The notes under the pieces: generated by a model
Told to the model about the DNA's origin: nothing
Database searches by the model: none
What the model saw: the letters and a program-made list of their open reading frames with translations, nothing else
Made by a program: the position numbers and the translations under genes
DNA from: an uncultured Chloroflexia bacterium
Lineage (GTDB): Bacteria; Chloroflexota; Limnocylindria; Limnocylindrales; CSP1-4
DNA length: 64,000 bases
Reading direction: 5' to 3'
Assembly (NCBI GenBank): GCA_963772565.1
Contig: CAVYXU010000004.1
Location: 3,886 to 67,885, forward strand
Shown: one piece after another, positions 20,582 through 30,690 of the stretch
How positions within the stretch are numbered: the first letter of the stretch is position 1
Layout: every line of letters begins with the position of its first letter

Positions 20582-21699
20582 CCGGCATGCATTCGCTCGT
20601 CACCCTCACCCGGGCCAACATCCGGAGCTTCGTCCGTGACCGCACGGCGCTGTTCTGGACCCTCGCGTTTCCGGTCATCTTCATCCTGCTGTTCGGGGCG
20701 ATCTTCTCGGGTCCCGGCGGCACGACCTACAAGGTCGGGTGGGTCGACGACGATGGGACGCCTGCCGCCGCCCAGCTCAGGCAGGCGTTCGCGCAGGTCC
20801 CGCTGCTCGAGCTCGCAGACAGCACCCTGGACGATTCGCGGGCCGCGATGCAGAACGGCGATCTGCGCGGGATCATCGTCGTGCCCGACGGCTACGCGGC
20901 GGCGATCGCGGCCGCGGCAGAGGCGAGCGGCGCCCCGACCGCCGGTCCGGCGGTCACCCTGGACCTGTACACGGATCCGAGCCAGCAGACCAGCAGCACG
21001 ACGATCACGCAGGTCGTGAGCCAGGTCACCTCGGCGCTCAACATCGTCCTCACCGGGCGGGCCCCCACGTTGGGCGTGTCGTTGCATTCGATCCAGACGC
21101 AGGACCTGACGAGCGCTGCATTCCTCGTTCCGGGGATCCTCGGCATGGCCCTGATGCAGCTGGGCATCTTCGGGGCGGTGCCGCTGGTGGCCCAGCGGGA
21201 GAAGCTGATCCTCAAGCGCCTGGGCGCAACGCCGCTGCCGCGCTGGACGCTGGTCGGGAGCAACGTCGTCCTCCGCCTGCTGATCGGCCTCGTGCAGGCA
21301 GCGCTGATCGTGGGGATCGGGTTCGCGGTGTTCGGCGTCCAGGTGCTCGGCGCTCTGTGGCTGATGGCGGCGGTGGTCGTCCTCGGCGCCCTCACCTTCA
21401 TCTCGATCGGCTACCTGGTCGCCGCGTTCGTGCGGACTGAGGAGGCGGCGAACGGCGTCGTCCAGGTGATCCAGTTCCCGATGATGTTCCTGTCCGGCGT
21501 GTTCTTCCCGATCGAGATCATGCCCGGCATCCTGCGGCCGGTGGCGGCGTTCCTGCCGCTGACCTACCTCGGCGACGCGCTGCGACAGGTGATGGTCAGC
21601 GGGTCCGCGTTCGCCCCGCTGCCCGTGGACCTGTTGGTCCTCGGCGGCTGGTTCGTCGTCTGCCTGGCGATCTCGGCGCGGTTCTTCCGCTGGGAGTGA
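20578..21699 (+). CDS. ABC-2 type transporter permease
   Basis: 4-nt overlap with the ATPase gene. Multi-TM protein. Confidence 0.9.
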   Translation: MTGMHSLVTLTRANIRSFVRDRTALFWTLAFPVIFILLFGAIFSGPGGTTYKVGWVDDDGTPAAAQLRQAFAQVPLLELADSTLDDSRAAMQNGDLRGIIVVPDGYAAAIAAAAEASGAPTAGPAVTLDLYTDPSQQTSSTTITQVVSQVTSALNIVLTGRAPTLGVSLHSIQTQDLTSAAFLVPGILGMALMQLGIFGAVPLVAQREKLILKRLGATPLPRWTLVGSNVVLRLLIGLVQAALIVGIGFAVFGVQVLGALWLMAAVVVLGALTFISIGYLVAAFVRTEEAANGVVQVIQFPMMFLSGVFFPIEIMPGILRPVAAFLPLTYLGDALRQVMVSGSAFAPLPVDLLVLGGWFVVCLAISARFFRWE

Positions 21700-21808
21700 G
21701 CCGATCGCCGGCTGGTTCGGCGCCAGGCCATCTGCTCCGCGTGATGCGGTGGGGTGACAGCGACGCGCCGTGCGCCCGGCGACGCGGCCGGGTGGCACCG
21801 GTCCGCCC

Positions 21809-22228
21809 TCAGTCGATCCCGAGCTCCTCCAGTCGATCCTCGTCCTCGATCCCGAGGTGGTGCGCAAGCTCGTGGAGGATCGTGATCCGGACCTCGTCCG
21901 CAAGCTCGTCGGGGTCCGGGAAGTCCTCCTCCAGCGGCAGCCGGAAGACCAGGATCCGGTTCGGGAACGGCGCCCAGTCGGCGCCGTACTCGCTCAGCGG
22001 CACGCCTTCGTAGAGCCCGTACAGCGTCTCGTCCGGTCGCAGGCCGTTCTCGCGCAGCTGGTCGGGGGTGGGCTCGTCCGCGATGACCAGCGCGATCTCG
22101 TCGAGCGCGGCCCGGAACGGGGCCGGAATCCCGGCCACGGCGCGATCGACCAGGCGCTCGAAGCGCTGCTGGCGGACGGGATGCGTCCCTCGGGGCGCGG
22201 TTCGGGAGCCGCGGCGGCGCTTGCTCAT
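21809..22228 (-). CDS. metallopeptidase family protein (zinc-binding HELAHH, DUF1025-like)
   Basis: 139 aa with an HELAHH motif. Confidence 0.8.
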   Translation of the reverse strand: MSKRRRGSRTAPRGTHPVRQQRFERLVDRAVAGIPAPFRAALDEIALVIADEPTPDQLRENGLRPDETLYGLYEGVPLSEYGADWAPFPNRILVFRLPLEEDFPDPDELADEVRITILHELAHHLGIEDEDRLEELGID

Positions 22229-22249
22229 CGCACCCGTATCCTAGCCGCG

Positions 22250-23236
22250 ATGACCCACGATCCCGCCACCGATGACGACAGCGTTCACTCCGTCGACCCT
22301 GCCGCTGGCCGGTCCGGCGCGCTTTTCCCATGGTCGCCGGACCCGACTCGTGCGCCCGGCGCCGACCCCGACGCCGCTCCCGAGGGGTTCGTGGTCCTCG
22401 CCGACGGCGATGTCAGGCTGCACTTTCTGGACTGGGGCGGACCGCCCGACGCGGACGGCGTGCTGCTTATCCCCGGGCTGCTCCAGCCGGCCTGGTCGTG
22501 GGCCCCGGTCGCCCGACGCCTGGTCGCCGAGCGCCGCACTGTCGTCGCGGACCTGCGGGGGCAGGGACTCTCCGATGCGCCCCAGACCGGCTACGACCTC
22601 GACACCCTGGCCGACGATACGATCGCCGTGGCGGAGGGCTCTGGGCTCCTTGCGGCGGGCCGGATCACGCTCGCCGGGCACGGGTTCGGGGGGATCGTCG
22701 CGGCGGCGGCTGCGGCCAGGCTGGGCGAGCGCTGTGGGCGGCTGGTCCTGGTCGACGGCGGCTGGGAGCGGCTGGGCATGACGACAGACCTCGATGTCGA
22801 AGAGTTCCTGCGGGGCTTCGACGAGCCTCCGGAGGTGATGCGCTCGATGGAGGCGTATCTCGCGGACCGGCGCGCGTTCGACGCCGCCACCTGGGACGCC
22901 GACCAGGAGCGGGCGGCGCGGGATGCCGTGGTCGAGACCGCTGCCGGCCACGTCGTGCGCGCGGTACGTCCGCATGTGGTCGAGGAGATCGTGCGGACGA
23001 TGTTCGAGTACCAGCCGGGGATCGTGCTGGCCGGGGTTGCGGCACCCGTTGTCGCGCTGGTCGCGCTTGCGTCCGGCGATGCGGACATGCGCCTGGGCGA
23101 GCTGCGTCGCACGGCGGAAATGCGGGTGGCGGCGGGTCCCGGTCCGATCCAGGCCGCGTCGTTTCCGGCCGCGCACAACCTGATGCGCTACCGGCCCGCC
23201 GAGGTCGTAGCCGCGGTCCTCGACGTCGGCGGCTGA
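22250..23236 (+). CDS. alpha/beta hydrolase
   Basis: Start at MTHDPATDD. Has a GHGFGG nucleophile elbow. Confidence 0.8.
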   Translation: MTHDPATDDDSVHSVDPAAGRSGALFPWSPDPTRAPGADPDAAPEGFVVLADGDVRLHFLDWGGPPDADGVLLIPGLLQPAWSWAPVARRLVAERRTVVADLRGQGLSDAPQTGYDLDTLADDTIAVAEGSGLLAAGRITLAGHGFGGIVAAAAAARLGERCGRLVLVDGGWERLGMTTDLDVEEFLRGFDEPPEVMRSMEAYLADRRAFDAATWDADQERAARDAVVETAAGHVVRAVRPHVVEEIVRTMFEYQPGIVLAGVAAPVVALVALASGDADMRLGELRRTAEMRVAAGPGPIQAASFPAAHNLMRYRPAEVVAAVLDVGG

Positions 23237-23332
23237 CGAGCCGCCGCAATCGGGTCGTCTTGGACCGCGCATCGACCACGACCGCGCGTGGTCGTCGAGC
23301 CGCCGTGGGGCGCCGGTGCCGCACGCCGCCGA

Positions 23333-23731
23333 TCAGTTGATGATCTCGCCCCGTTCGTCCGCGCGGATTGCTGCCAGCCGATCCCGCCATTTCTGCAGCG
23401 CGGCAGGGGTTTGCCGAGTCCAGTCGGCCACCTCACCGACGATCCTGAGCGGCTCCCGGCTCCGGTAGGACCGGGTTGGGTTGCCGGGGAATTTCTTGTC
23501 GGTCACATTGGGGTCGTCCTCGAACGCCCCAACCGGCTCAACGACGTAGACGCGGGGAGCACCTTCGCCTGCCGCGAGTTCTGCGGCGAGCCCGGCACCG
23601 TCTCGCAGCGCGGTGAAGTAGATGTGGTTCATCACGACATCGGGCCGATAGTTCGACCGAAAGCCGGCCGTCAGGCGGTCGCCCACGCGCAGGACGGCTT
23701 TCGTGCCATGAAAGAACGGACCTTCGTCCAG
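23333..23731 (-). CDS. arr: NAD+-rifampin ADP-ribosyltransferase (Arr) homolog; apparent CTG start
   Basis: FHGTKA, YFTA and DDPNVTDKKFPGNPTRSYRSREPLRIVGEV motifs. There is no ATG/GTG/TTG upstream of the conserved FHGTKA. A CTG lies 8 nt after AAGGAG. Confidence 0.8.
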   Translation of the reverse strand: MDEGPFFHGTKAVLRVGDRLTAGFRSNYRPDVVMNHIYFTALRDGAGLAAELAAGEGAPRVYVVEPVGAFEDDPNVTDKKFPGNPTRSYRSREPLRIVGEVADWTRQTPAALQKWRDRLAAIRADERGEIIN

Positions 23732-23939
23732 CGGATGCTCTCCTTGCGGAAGCCGGAAACTACCCGACGTCGTTGTGGCGGACCGGGTCTGGCCCGCTAC
23801 GGCTGATCTTGTCGTGGTTGTCCCGTGGCGGCAGGCGACCCGCCCATCGCCCGCGGGCGCGGACGGCCCCCCGATCGTCGCCCGAATTCATTCCAGCGCC
23901 GCTAGCATCGCGGCAACAACCGCCGCCCGGAGGGCCCCG

Positions 23940-25148
23940 ATGCGCGTCGTCTATTCGCCGCTTCACCTCGGTCACGACATCACGCGCCAGACGGTGCTCG
24001 GCGTCCAGGTCCCGGCCAACGAGGTCGCCGATCGGGCGGAGCGGATCCGCGCGACGCTCGACGCGGACGGCGGGTTCGAGCTCGTATCGCCAGTCGAGCA
24101 CGGCGAAGCGCCGATCGCGGCCGTCCACGATCCGGGGCTGGTGGCCTTCCTCCGCGACGCATGGGCCGAGGCGCGAAAGGCCCGGCATCCCTACGACTTC
24201 CTCGCGCCCGAGTCGTTCGCGCCGGCGGCCATGACCGAGGGCATGTCCGATCGGTTCCGGCACGAGACGCCGCGGATCGACGGGCGCGCGGGCTTCTGGG
24301 CGCTGGACACGTCCACGCCGATCGTCGCCGGGACGTACGCCGCGGCCCGTGCCGCCGTCGACGTGGCGCTGACCGCGGCGGACCTCGCGCTGGCGGGCGA
24401 GACAGCGGTCTACGGGCTGTGCCGCCCGCCAGGCCACCACGCGGCGCGCTCGATGTACGGCGGTTTCTGCTACTTCAACAACGCTGCGATCGCGGCCCAG
24501 GCGATCGCCGAGCGGACCGGCGAGCACGTCTCGATCCTCGACGTCGACTACCACCACGGCAACGGTACCGAGCAGATCTTCTGGCGGCGCAGCGACGTGC
24601 TGTACGTCTCGCTGCATGCGCACCCGGATCGCCAGTACCCGTACCTGCTGGGATGGCCCGATGAGGTCGGGGAGGGGCCCGGCGCCGGCGCGAACCTCAA
24701 CCTGCCGCTTCCCGCCGGCCTCTCGAACGAGGGGTATCTCGAGGCGATCGACCGGGCGCTGGAGCGGATCGCGACCGAGCCCGGGTCCGTCGTGGTCGTG
24801 TCGCTCGGCTTCGACACCTATGGCCAGGATCCGATCGGCGACTTCGCGCTCACCACCGAGGTCTACCACGAGGTCGGCCGGCGGACGGCGGCGCTCGGCA
24901 AGCGGCTGGTGATCCTCCAGGAGGGGGGCTACTACCTGCCGGCACTGGGCGACAACGCGCGCGCCTGGCTGCGCGGCGCGGAGGGGCGCCCGTACGACCC
25001 GATGCCGGCCACCGGCTTCGCGCCGGGGGAACGGGCGCGTAGGCCTGGGGGTCACCACGCCGGCGAACCCACCGGGCTCGAGCTTCGGCGCCCGCTCGAC
25101 GTTCGGCGCGTCCAGCGGGGCCGCCGCGCTACCATCGCCCGACCATGA
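23940..25148 (+). CDS. histone deacetylase family protein (acetylpolyamine/acetoin-type amidohydrolase)
   Basis: [17 protein letters not shown] and GFDTY motifs. The stop overlaps the folE start. Confidence 0.9.
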   Translation: MRVVYSPLHLGHDITRQTVLGVQVPANEVADRAERIRATLDADGGFELVSPVEHGEAPIAAVHDPGLVAFLRDAWAEARKARHPYDFLAPESFAPAAMTEGMSDRFRHETPRIDGRAGFWALDTSTPIVAGTYAAARAAVDVALTAADLALAGETAVYGLCRPPGHHAARSMYGGFCYFNNAAIAAQAIAERTGEHVSILDVDYHHGNGTEQIFWRRSDVLYVSLHAHPDRQYPYLLGWPDEVGEGPGAGANLNLPLPAGLSNEGYLEAIDRALERIATEPGSVVVVSLGFDTYGQDPIGDFALTTEVYHEVGRRTAALGKRLVILQEGGYYLPALGDNARAWLRGAEGRPYDPMPATGFAPGERARRPGGHHAGEPTGLELRRPLDVRRVQRGRRATIARP

Positions 25149-25828
25149 CCGACCGCACCGACATCCGCGACCTGCCCGACCACATCCGCCTCATCGTCGA
25201 GGAGATCGAGAGCGAGATCGGCGACGAGGAGCCCGGTCGGCCCACGCCGTCGCCTGGGACCAACGGCGGCATCGAGGCCGCCGTGCGCGAGATTCTGACC
25301 GAGATCGGCGAGGATCCCGACCGCGAGGGGCTGGCCGGCACCCCGAATCGCATGCACCGGATGTATTTCGAGCTCACCGCCGGCTACCACGTCGACCCAG
25401 ACCGGCTGGTCAACGGCGCGATCTTCGAGGTCGACTACTCGGAGATGGTGGTCGTCAAGGACATCCCGTTCTACTCGCTGTGCGAGCACCACCTGCTGCC
25501 GTTCTTCGGCACCGCGCACGTCGCGTACATCCCCGACGGCCGGGTGATCGGCCTGTCGAAGATCCCGCGCATCGTCGAGATGTACGCGCGTCGCCTCCAG
25601 GTCCAGGAGCGGATGACCCAGCAGGTCGCCGACTTCCTGATGAACGCCGTCGAGCCGAAGGGCGTTGGCGTCGTCCTCGAGGCCACCCACCTGTGCGCGG
25701 CGATGCGGGGCGTCCGCAAGCCCGGGACCGTGATGACGACCGCCGCCGTCCTGGGCCTGTTCCGGCGCAACGAGAAGACCCGCGCAGAGTTCTACTCGCA
25801 CCTCGCCCGGCCGACCACCGGAGCCTGA
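25145..25828 (+). CDS. folE: GTP cyclohydrolase I
   Basis: [10 protein letters not shown] and HLCAAMRGV motifs. Confidence 0.95.
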   Translation: MTDRTDIRDLPDHIRLIVEEIESEIGDEEPGRPTPSPGTNGGIEAAVREILTEIGEDPDREGLAGTPNRMHRMYFELTAGYHVDPDRLVNGAIFEVDYSEMVVVKDIPFYSLCEHHLLPFFGTAHVAYIPDGRVIGLSKIPRIVEMYARRLQVQERMTQQVADFLMNAVEPKGVGVVLEATHLCAAMRGVRKPGTVMTTAAVLGLFRRNEKTRAEFYSHLARPTTGA

Positions 25829-26378
25829 GCCGGGTCGACCGACGCGTCGCGGGGACCGGCCGCCTGCCGTTGGCCGCCGCGCCCGAACCTCCGCGCCTTC
25901 GACCTCTCGACCCCCGGCCGGCGGCGACCGTCCGCGGCGCCCGCCAGCCCGACTTCTTCGTGCGCCGCTATTCGTGCGCCGCGGGAGCTGGGCCGGGTCA
26001 CCAAACCGCCTGCCGCCGACCATGTACATGCAGCCGCATACCTCCCAGGCGTACGAGACGTCTTTCGAGGCTCCGACGGCGCCACCCAGGTAGTTCCGCG
26101 TTCAGATTCGGGCCGCGCCGGGGTTTCCATGAACCGGGATATGCGTGGGAGGCGTGTTGCGACTGATTAGGGTCGGTTGAGGAGCAGCGCGCACAGCCCG
26201 GGCCGCTGTTTGCCCGCCCGCTAAACGTGACAGGTATGCGGCGGCAGGTGATCGCGCGTGGTTGCCCGTGCCTGGCCGTGGCCGGCGCCGCGGTCGCCCT
26301 CGCTCGGCCCCGGGCGGCGGCAGGCGGAGGGAGTGCGCTGCGCCGCGGCCCCACCGTCGCGCGACCGGATCGACGCCC

Positions 26379-26384
26379 TACAAT
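26379..26384 (+). promoter_or_regulatory. -10 hexamer TACAAT 6 nt upstream of ATG (leaderless-type)
   Basis: TACAAT-cggcac-ATG. Confidence 0.5.
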
Positions 26385-26390
26385 CGGCAC

Positions 26391-26795
26391 ATGACCGATC
26401 GACCGCTCAAGGTGCTGATCGCGAAGCCCGGGCTTGACGGCCACGACCGAGGCGCCAAGGTCCTCGCGCGGGGCCTGCGTGACGAGGGTTTCGAGGTCGT
26501 CTACACGGGCCTCCGCCAGACGCCCGACATGATCGTGACCGCCGCGCTCCAGGAGGACGTGGACGTCGTGGGCCTGTCGATCCTTTCGGGCGCGCACATG
26601 ACGCTCGTACCGAAGGTCTGCGCGCAGCTCAAGGACCGCGGCCTCGACGACGTGATGGTGACGGTGGGCGGGATCATTCCCGACGAGGACGTGCCGGCGC
26701 TTCGCGAGGCCGGTGTCGCCGCGGTGTTCGGACCCGGGACCACGATCCGCGAGGTGGCCGACTTCATCCGCGCGAACGCGAAGCCGCGCGAGTAG
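26391..26795 (+). CDS. acyl-CoA mutase small subunit (cobalamin-binding domain)
   Basis: [11 protein letters not shown] (DxHxxG B12 motif). 134 aa. Confidence 0.9.
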   Translation: MTDRPLKVLIAKPGLDGHDRGAKVLARGLRDEGFEVVYTGLRQTPDMIVTAALQEDVDVVGLSILSGAHMTLVPKVCAQLKDRGLDDVMVTVGGIIPDEDVPALREAGVAAVFGPGTTIREVADFIRANAKPRE

Positions 26796-27811
26796 TGGCC
26801 GACGCACCCGAGGACCGCGCGAAGGTCGCCGAGGACCGCGCGAAGGTCCTCGCCGATGCCGCCCGAGCCGGCGACCGACGGGCGCTCGCCCGGTTGCTGA
26901 CGGCGGTCGAGAACCGCACCCCGATCGCGGAGCACGCGATGCGTCGCCTATACCCGCTTGCCGGAGCCGCTCACCTGGTCGGGATCACGGGGCCGCCCGG
27001 CGCGGGAAAATCGACGCTCGTCGCAGCGCTGATCGCGGAGCTCCGACGCGCGGGCCGATCGGCCGCCGTGGTGGCGGTCGACCCTTCATCGCCGATCACC
27101 GGCGGCGCGCTGCTCGGCGATCGCGTCCGGATGCAGGCGTACGCCGCGGACGACGGCGTGTTCATCCGGTCGATGGCCTCGCGGGGGCATGCCGGCGGGC
27201 TCGCCTCGACGTCGACGGCGGCCGCGGCGGTGCTTGACGCGGCCGGGTTCGAGGTCGTCCTGCTCGAGACGGTAGGCACGGGCCAGAGCGAGGTCGAGGT
27301 GGCGGCCGCGGCGGACACGACGGTGGTGCTCGAGTCGCCCGAGATGGGGGACGAGGTCCAGGCGATCAAGGCCGGGCTGCTCGAGGTCGCGGACCTGGTC
27401 GTCGTCAACAAGGGCGACCGGCCGGGTGCCCAGCGGACCGCGGCACAGCTGCGCGCGATGCTGGTCCCGGCCGGTGCGCGCTCCGACGCGGACCCCGCGC
27501 GCCCAGAACCCAAGCACCCCGATGTCCTGATCACGACGGCCTCGACCGGCGACGGCATCCCGGAGCTGCTGGTCGCCCTCGATCGCCATCGTGCGGCCGG
27601 TGGGAGCGGTTCGACCTCGGAGGCGAGGCGAGCCCGTGCGGTCGCGCAGGTCCGCGCGGTGCTCGTCGAGCGCCTGTGGGAGCGGCTCGGCACGCCGGGC
27701 CTGGCCCCGGTCACCGAGGCGCTGGTCGCCGCGGTCGCGGGGCACGAGCTGGATCCATATGCGGCGGCCGATCGCCTCCTGGCCGCCCTCGGAAGCGAGG
27801 ATCGACCATGA
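26795..27811 (+). CDS. meaB: mutase-associated G3E GTPase MeaB/ArgK
   Basis: P-loop GPPGAGKST, and VLLETVGTGQSE. Confidence 0.9.
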   Translation: MADAPEDRAKVAEDRAKVLADAARAGDRRALARLLTAVENRTPIAEHAMRRLYPLAGAAHLVGITGPPGAGKSTLVAALIAELRRAGRSAAVVAVDPSSPITGGALLGDRVRMQAYAADDGVFIRSMASRGHAGGLASTSTAAAAVLDAAGFEVVLLETVGTGQSEVEVAAAADTTVVLESPEMGDEVQAIKAGLLEVADLVVVNKGDRPGAQRTAAQLRAMLVPAGARSDADPARPEPKHPDVLITTASTGDGIPELLVALDRHRAAGGSGSTSEARRARAVAQVRAVLVERLWERLGTPGLAPVTEALVAAVAGHELDPYAAADRLLAALGSEDRP

Positions 27812-28668
27812 GCATCGAACGCGTCTTCGTCGCCGGTGCCGGCCTGATGGGGCACGGCATCGCGCAGGTCCACGCAGCGGTGGGCAAGCAGGTGACCCTG
27901 TACGAGCCGGACCTCGCCCGTGCGGACGCCGGCCGGGCGCGGATCGCCGGCAACCTCGATCGAGCGGTCGCAAAGAGCAAGATCGATGTCGACGAGCGCG
28001 ATGCGATCCTGGCGCGGATCACGTCGACCGATGACCTCGCCGCGGCGGCCGGCGCCGATCTCGTGGTCGAGGCGGTGTTCGAGGACATCGACGTCAAGAC
28101 CACGCTGTGGGCCGCGCTGGACGCGATCGCGCCCCCCGGTGCCGTGTTCGCCTCGAACACCTCGTCCATCTCCATCGACCGCCTGGCGGCCGCGGTGGGG
28201 GAGTCGCGCCCGGCGAGCTTCGTCGGGATGCATTTCTTCAGCCCGGTCCCGGTCATGCCCCTGATCGAGCTCATCCGGGGCTCCGCCACGGGCGATGCGG
28301 CGGAGGCCACGGTGCGAGAGCTGGCGGGCGAGCTCGGCAAGCAGGTCATCGTGTCCGCGGATCGCCCCGGGTTCATCGTCAACCGGATCCTGATGCCGCT
28401 CCTCGCGGAGGCGATGCGCGCGTACGAGGAGGGTCTGGGCACGGCCGAGGACATCGACACCGGGGCGCGGGTCGGGCTCAACCACCCGATGGGTCCGCTC
28501 CAGCTGGCCGACTTCATCGGCCTCGACGTGTGCCTGGGCGTGATGCGCGTGCTCGAGGAGGGGATCGGCGGCCAGCAGTTCGCGCCGCCGAAGGTGCTGG
28601 TCGAGCTGGTCGAGGCGGGGCACCTTGGCCAGAAGACCGGTCGCGGGTTCCACGTCTACCCGCGCTGA
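27808..28668 (+). CDS. 3-hydroxybutyryl-CoA / 3-hydroxyacyl-CoA dehydrogenase
   Basis: GAGLMGHGIA Rossmann motif. The start overlaps the meaB stop. Confidence 0.9.
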   Translation: MSIERVFVAGAGLMGHGIAQVHAAVGKQVTLYEPDLARADAGRARIAGNLDRAVAKSKIDVDERDAILARITSTDDLAAAAGADLVVEAVFEDIDVKTTLWAALDAIAPPGAVFASNTSSISIDRLAAAVGESRPASFVGMHFFSPVPVMPLIELIRGSATGDAAEATVRELAGELGKQVIVSADRPGFIVNRILMPLLAEAMRAYEEGLGTAEDIDTGARVGLNHPMGPLQLADFIGLDVCLGVMRVLEEGIGGQQFAPPKVLVELVEAGHLGQKTGRGFHVYPR

Positions 28669-28799
28669 GGCCGTGCGACTCACCACCGGGCGCGGGCCTG
28701 TCCGGCTGCCCCTTGACCCCGGGCGAGCGGCCGGACCATGCTCTTGTCCGCGGTGGCCGGCTGAAGCGTACGCGAAGCGGCCGCGCGGACGTTGAGGCG

Positions 28800-28937
28800 A
28801 TGGCCATGTTTCTCAATCAGGTCAATCTCCTCTGGCGAGAGCTCGGTCACGCTCGCGGAGGCGTCGCGCTGCTACTGGTGCTTGCGCCGCTGGTCATCTT
28901 CGGGTTGCTGGCGCTGCTCCTGCAGAACGCCGGGTAG
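28800..28937 (+). CDS. possible 45-aa single-TM small protein
   Basis: MAMFLNQVNLLWRELGHARGGVALLLVLAPLVIFGLLALLLQNAG. Weak support only. Confidence 0.3.
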   Translation: MAMFLNQVNLLWRELGHARGGVALLLVLAPLVIFGLLALLLQNAG

Positions 28938-29061
28938 CATCAGGCCCTCTCGCGGTTGCTCGGCGCGCCCGGCTGCGCCGGCCGCGCCGCGCCGGCCGCG
29001 CCGGGGCCGTGCCGCGGCGGGGTCGCGCCACGCCCTGCGCTCGCTGGCTGACGGCCCGGTG

Positions 29062-29067
29062 TAGATT
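29062..29067 (+). promoter_or_regulatory. -10-like hexamer TAGATT 6 nt upstream of ATG (leaderless-type)
   Basis: TAGATT-gcgggc-ATG. Confidence 0.45.
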
Positions 29068-29073
29068 GCGGGC

Positions 29074-30309
29074 ATGGAACACTCAACCGGGCCCAACGGC
29101 CACGTCTACCTCGTCAGCGCCGCGCGTACCCCGATCGGCAAGTTCGGCGGCGCGCTCGCCGGCGTCCCCGCCACCGAGCTCGGTGCCACCGCGATCCGTG
29201 CCGCCGTCGACCGATCGGGCCTGCCCGGCGACGCGCCCATCGACGAGGTCATCATGGGCCAGGTGCTCCAGGCCGGCGCCGGCCAGGCACCCGCGCGGCA
29301 GGCGCTGCTGCGGGCCGGTCTCGCCGACACCACGCCCGCGACCACGATCAACCGCGTCTGCGGGTCGGGACTCAAGGCGATCATGCTCGCCACCGCCGGC
29401 ATCCGCGCGGGCGATGGCGACGTGTACGTCGCCGGCGGCATGGAGTCCATGAACCAGGCGCCGTTCCTGCTGCGCAAGGCGCGCTTCGGGTATCGGTTGG
29501 GCAACGGCACGCTCGAGGATGCGACCCAGCTCGACGGCCTGTGGTGCGCGGTGGAGGACTGCCACATGGGCACCCATGCGGAGCGCGTGGCGATCTCCAA
29601 CAAGGTCAGCCGCGAGGACCAGGACACGTTTGCCCTCGAGAGCCACCTGCGGGCGGTCGCCGCAATCGACGCCGGCCGTTTCGACGACGAGATGGCGCCC
29701 GTCACGATCCGCGACGCGAAGGGCCGCGAGACGGTCGTTGCCGTTGACGAGAGCCCGCGCCGGGACACCACCGCCGAGGCGCTGGCGAGGCTCAAGCCCG
29801 TGTTCCCGCTCCCGGACGGAGAGGATCGCGGTGATGCGACCACCGGAACCGTGACCGCAGGCAACGCGCCCGGGATCACGGACGGGGCGGCGGCCACCGT
29901 CGTCGCGTCGGAGCGCGCGGTCGAGCAGCATGGCCTCAAACCCCTCGCCCGGATCGTCGGATACGCCCAGGCCGAGGTCACGCCCAAGTGGCTGTTCCTC
30001 GCGCCGATTCAGGGGGTGCGCGGCCTCGAGGCGAAGACCGGGCTCTCGCCGGCCGATTTTGACCTGATCGAGATCAACGAGGCGTTCGCCGCTCAGACGC
30101 TCGCCGACGGGCGGGAGCTGGGCTTCGACTGGTCGAAGGTCAACGTCAACGGCGGCGCCATCGCGCTGGGGCACCCGGTCGGGGCGTCCGGTGCGCGCAT
30201 CGTCGCCACGCTGCTCCACGAGCTGCGGCGTCGCGAGGGCCGCTACGGGATGGCGACGTTGTGCCTCGGCGGCGGAGGCTCGGTCGCGATGGCGTTCGAG
30301 CGCGTCTGA
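29074..30309 (+). CDS. acetyl-CoA C-acetyltransferase (thiolase)
   Basis: NRVCGSGLKA active-site Cys and a C-terminal CLGGGGS motif. Confidence 0.95.
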   Translation: MEHSTGPNGHVYLVSAARTPIGKFGGALAGVPATELGATAIRAAVDRSGLPGDAPIDEVIMGQVLQAGAGQAPARQALLRAGLADTTPATTINRVCGSGLKAIMLATAGIRAGDGDVYVAGGMESMNQAPFLLRKARFGYRLGNGTLEDATQLDGLWCAVEDCHMGTHAERVAISNKVSREDQDTFALESHLRAVAAIDAGRFDDEMAPVTIRDAKGRETVVAVDESPRRDTTAEALARLKPVFPLPDGEDRGDATTGTVTAGNAPGITDGAAATVVASERAVEQHGLKPLARIVGYAQAEVTPKWLFLAPIQGVRGLEAKTGLSPADFDLIEINEAFAAQTLADGRELGFDWSKVNVNGGAIALGHPVGASGARIVATLLHELRRREGRYGMATLCLGGGGSVAMAFERV

Positions 30310-30356
30310 CGCGACGGTCTGTCGTCAGCCGCGCCGTGCGACGAAGCACGGGTGGC

Positions 30357-30443
30357 GATTGCCGGCCCCGCGGCGACGGCGCCATGCAGCCTCGACAACG
30401 CCCCGCGGCGACGGCGCCATTGCCGGCCCCGCGGCGACGGCGT
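30357..30443. repeat. intergenic short direct repeats (ccccgcggcgacggcg x3; attgccggcccc x2)
   Basis: Copies start at 30366, 30401 and 30427. Confidence 0.7.
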
Positions 30444-30453
30444 AGAACGAAGG

Positions 30454-30690
30454 TCACGGACCGCGGTCGCGCAGCTTCGGATGATGGGGCAGCAGGTTGT
30501 GCGTCCCGCATGCCGGACACCCGACCCAGCTCAGCCGTGACCCGAAGAACAGCTCGAGGACCCAGCGGCTGAAGCGGGTCCGGCAGAAGGCGCAGGTCGC
30601 CTCCCAGCGCACGAACACGTAAAGCAGGTTCGGAGGGAAAGCGCCGATGCGGATGGGATTGATCGCCTCGATTTCCAGGGCCACGCGCAT
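30454..30690 (-). CDS. small hypothetical protein with CxxC...CxxC (zinc-ribbon-like)
   Basis: High-GC3 ORF containing CAFC and CPAC pairs. Start is ATG 30690 or GTG 30717. Confidence 0.5.
   Translation of the reverse strand: MRVALEIEAINPIRIGAFPPNLLYVFVRWEATCAFCRTRFSRWVLELFFGSRLSWVGCPACGTHNLLPHHPKLRDRGP

Noticed and set aside
24960-25148. Odd Arg-rich C-terminal tail of the HDAC-family protein, as a possible frameshift
   Set aside because: I could not identify an alternative frame with better protein-like sequence. The ORF ends in an ATGA overlap with folE, which fits a genuine coupled stop. I left it as annotated with this caveat.
26200-26390. Cobalamin riboswitch upstream of the B12-binding mutase subunit
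   Set aside because: No B12-box-like GCCACTG core or characteristic conserved stems were found. The gene instead has a TACAAT hexamer 6 nt from its ATG.
30357-30443. Short repeats as a mini CRISPR array
   Set aside because: The repeat units are only 12-20 bp, irregularly spaced and without unique spacers of normal length. No cas genes are in the window.
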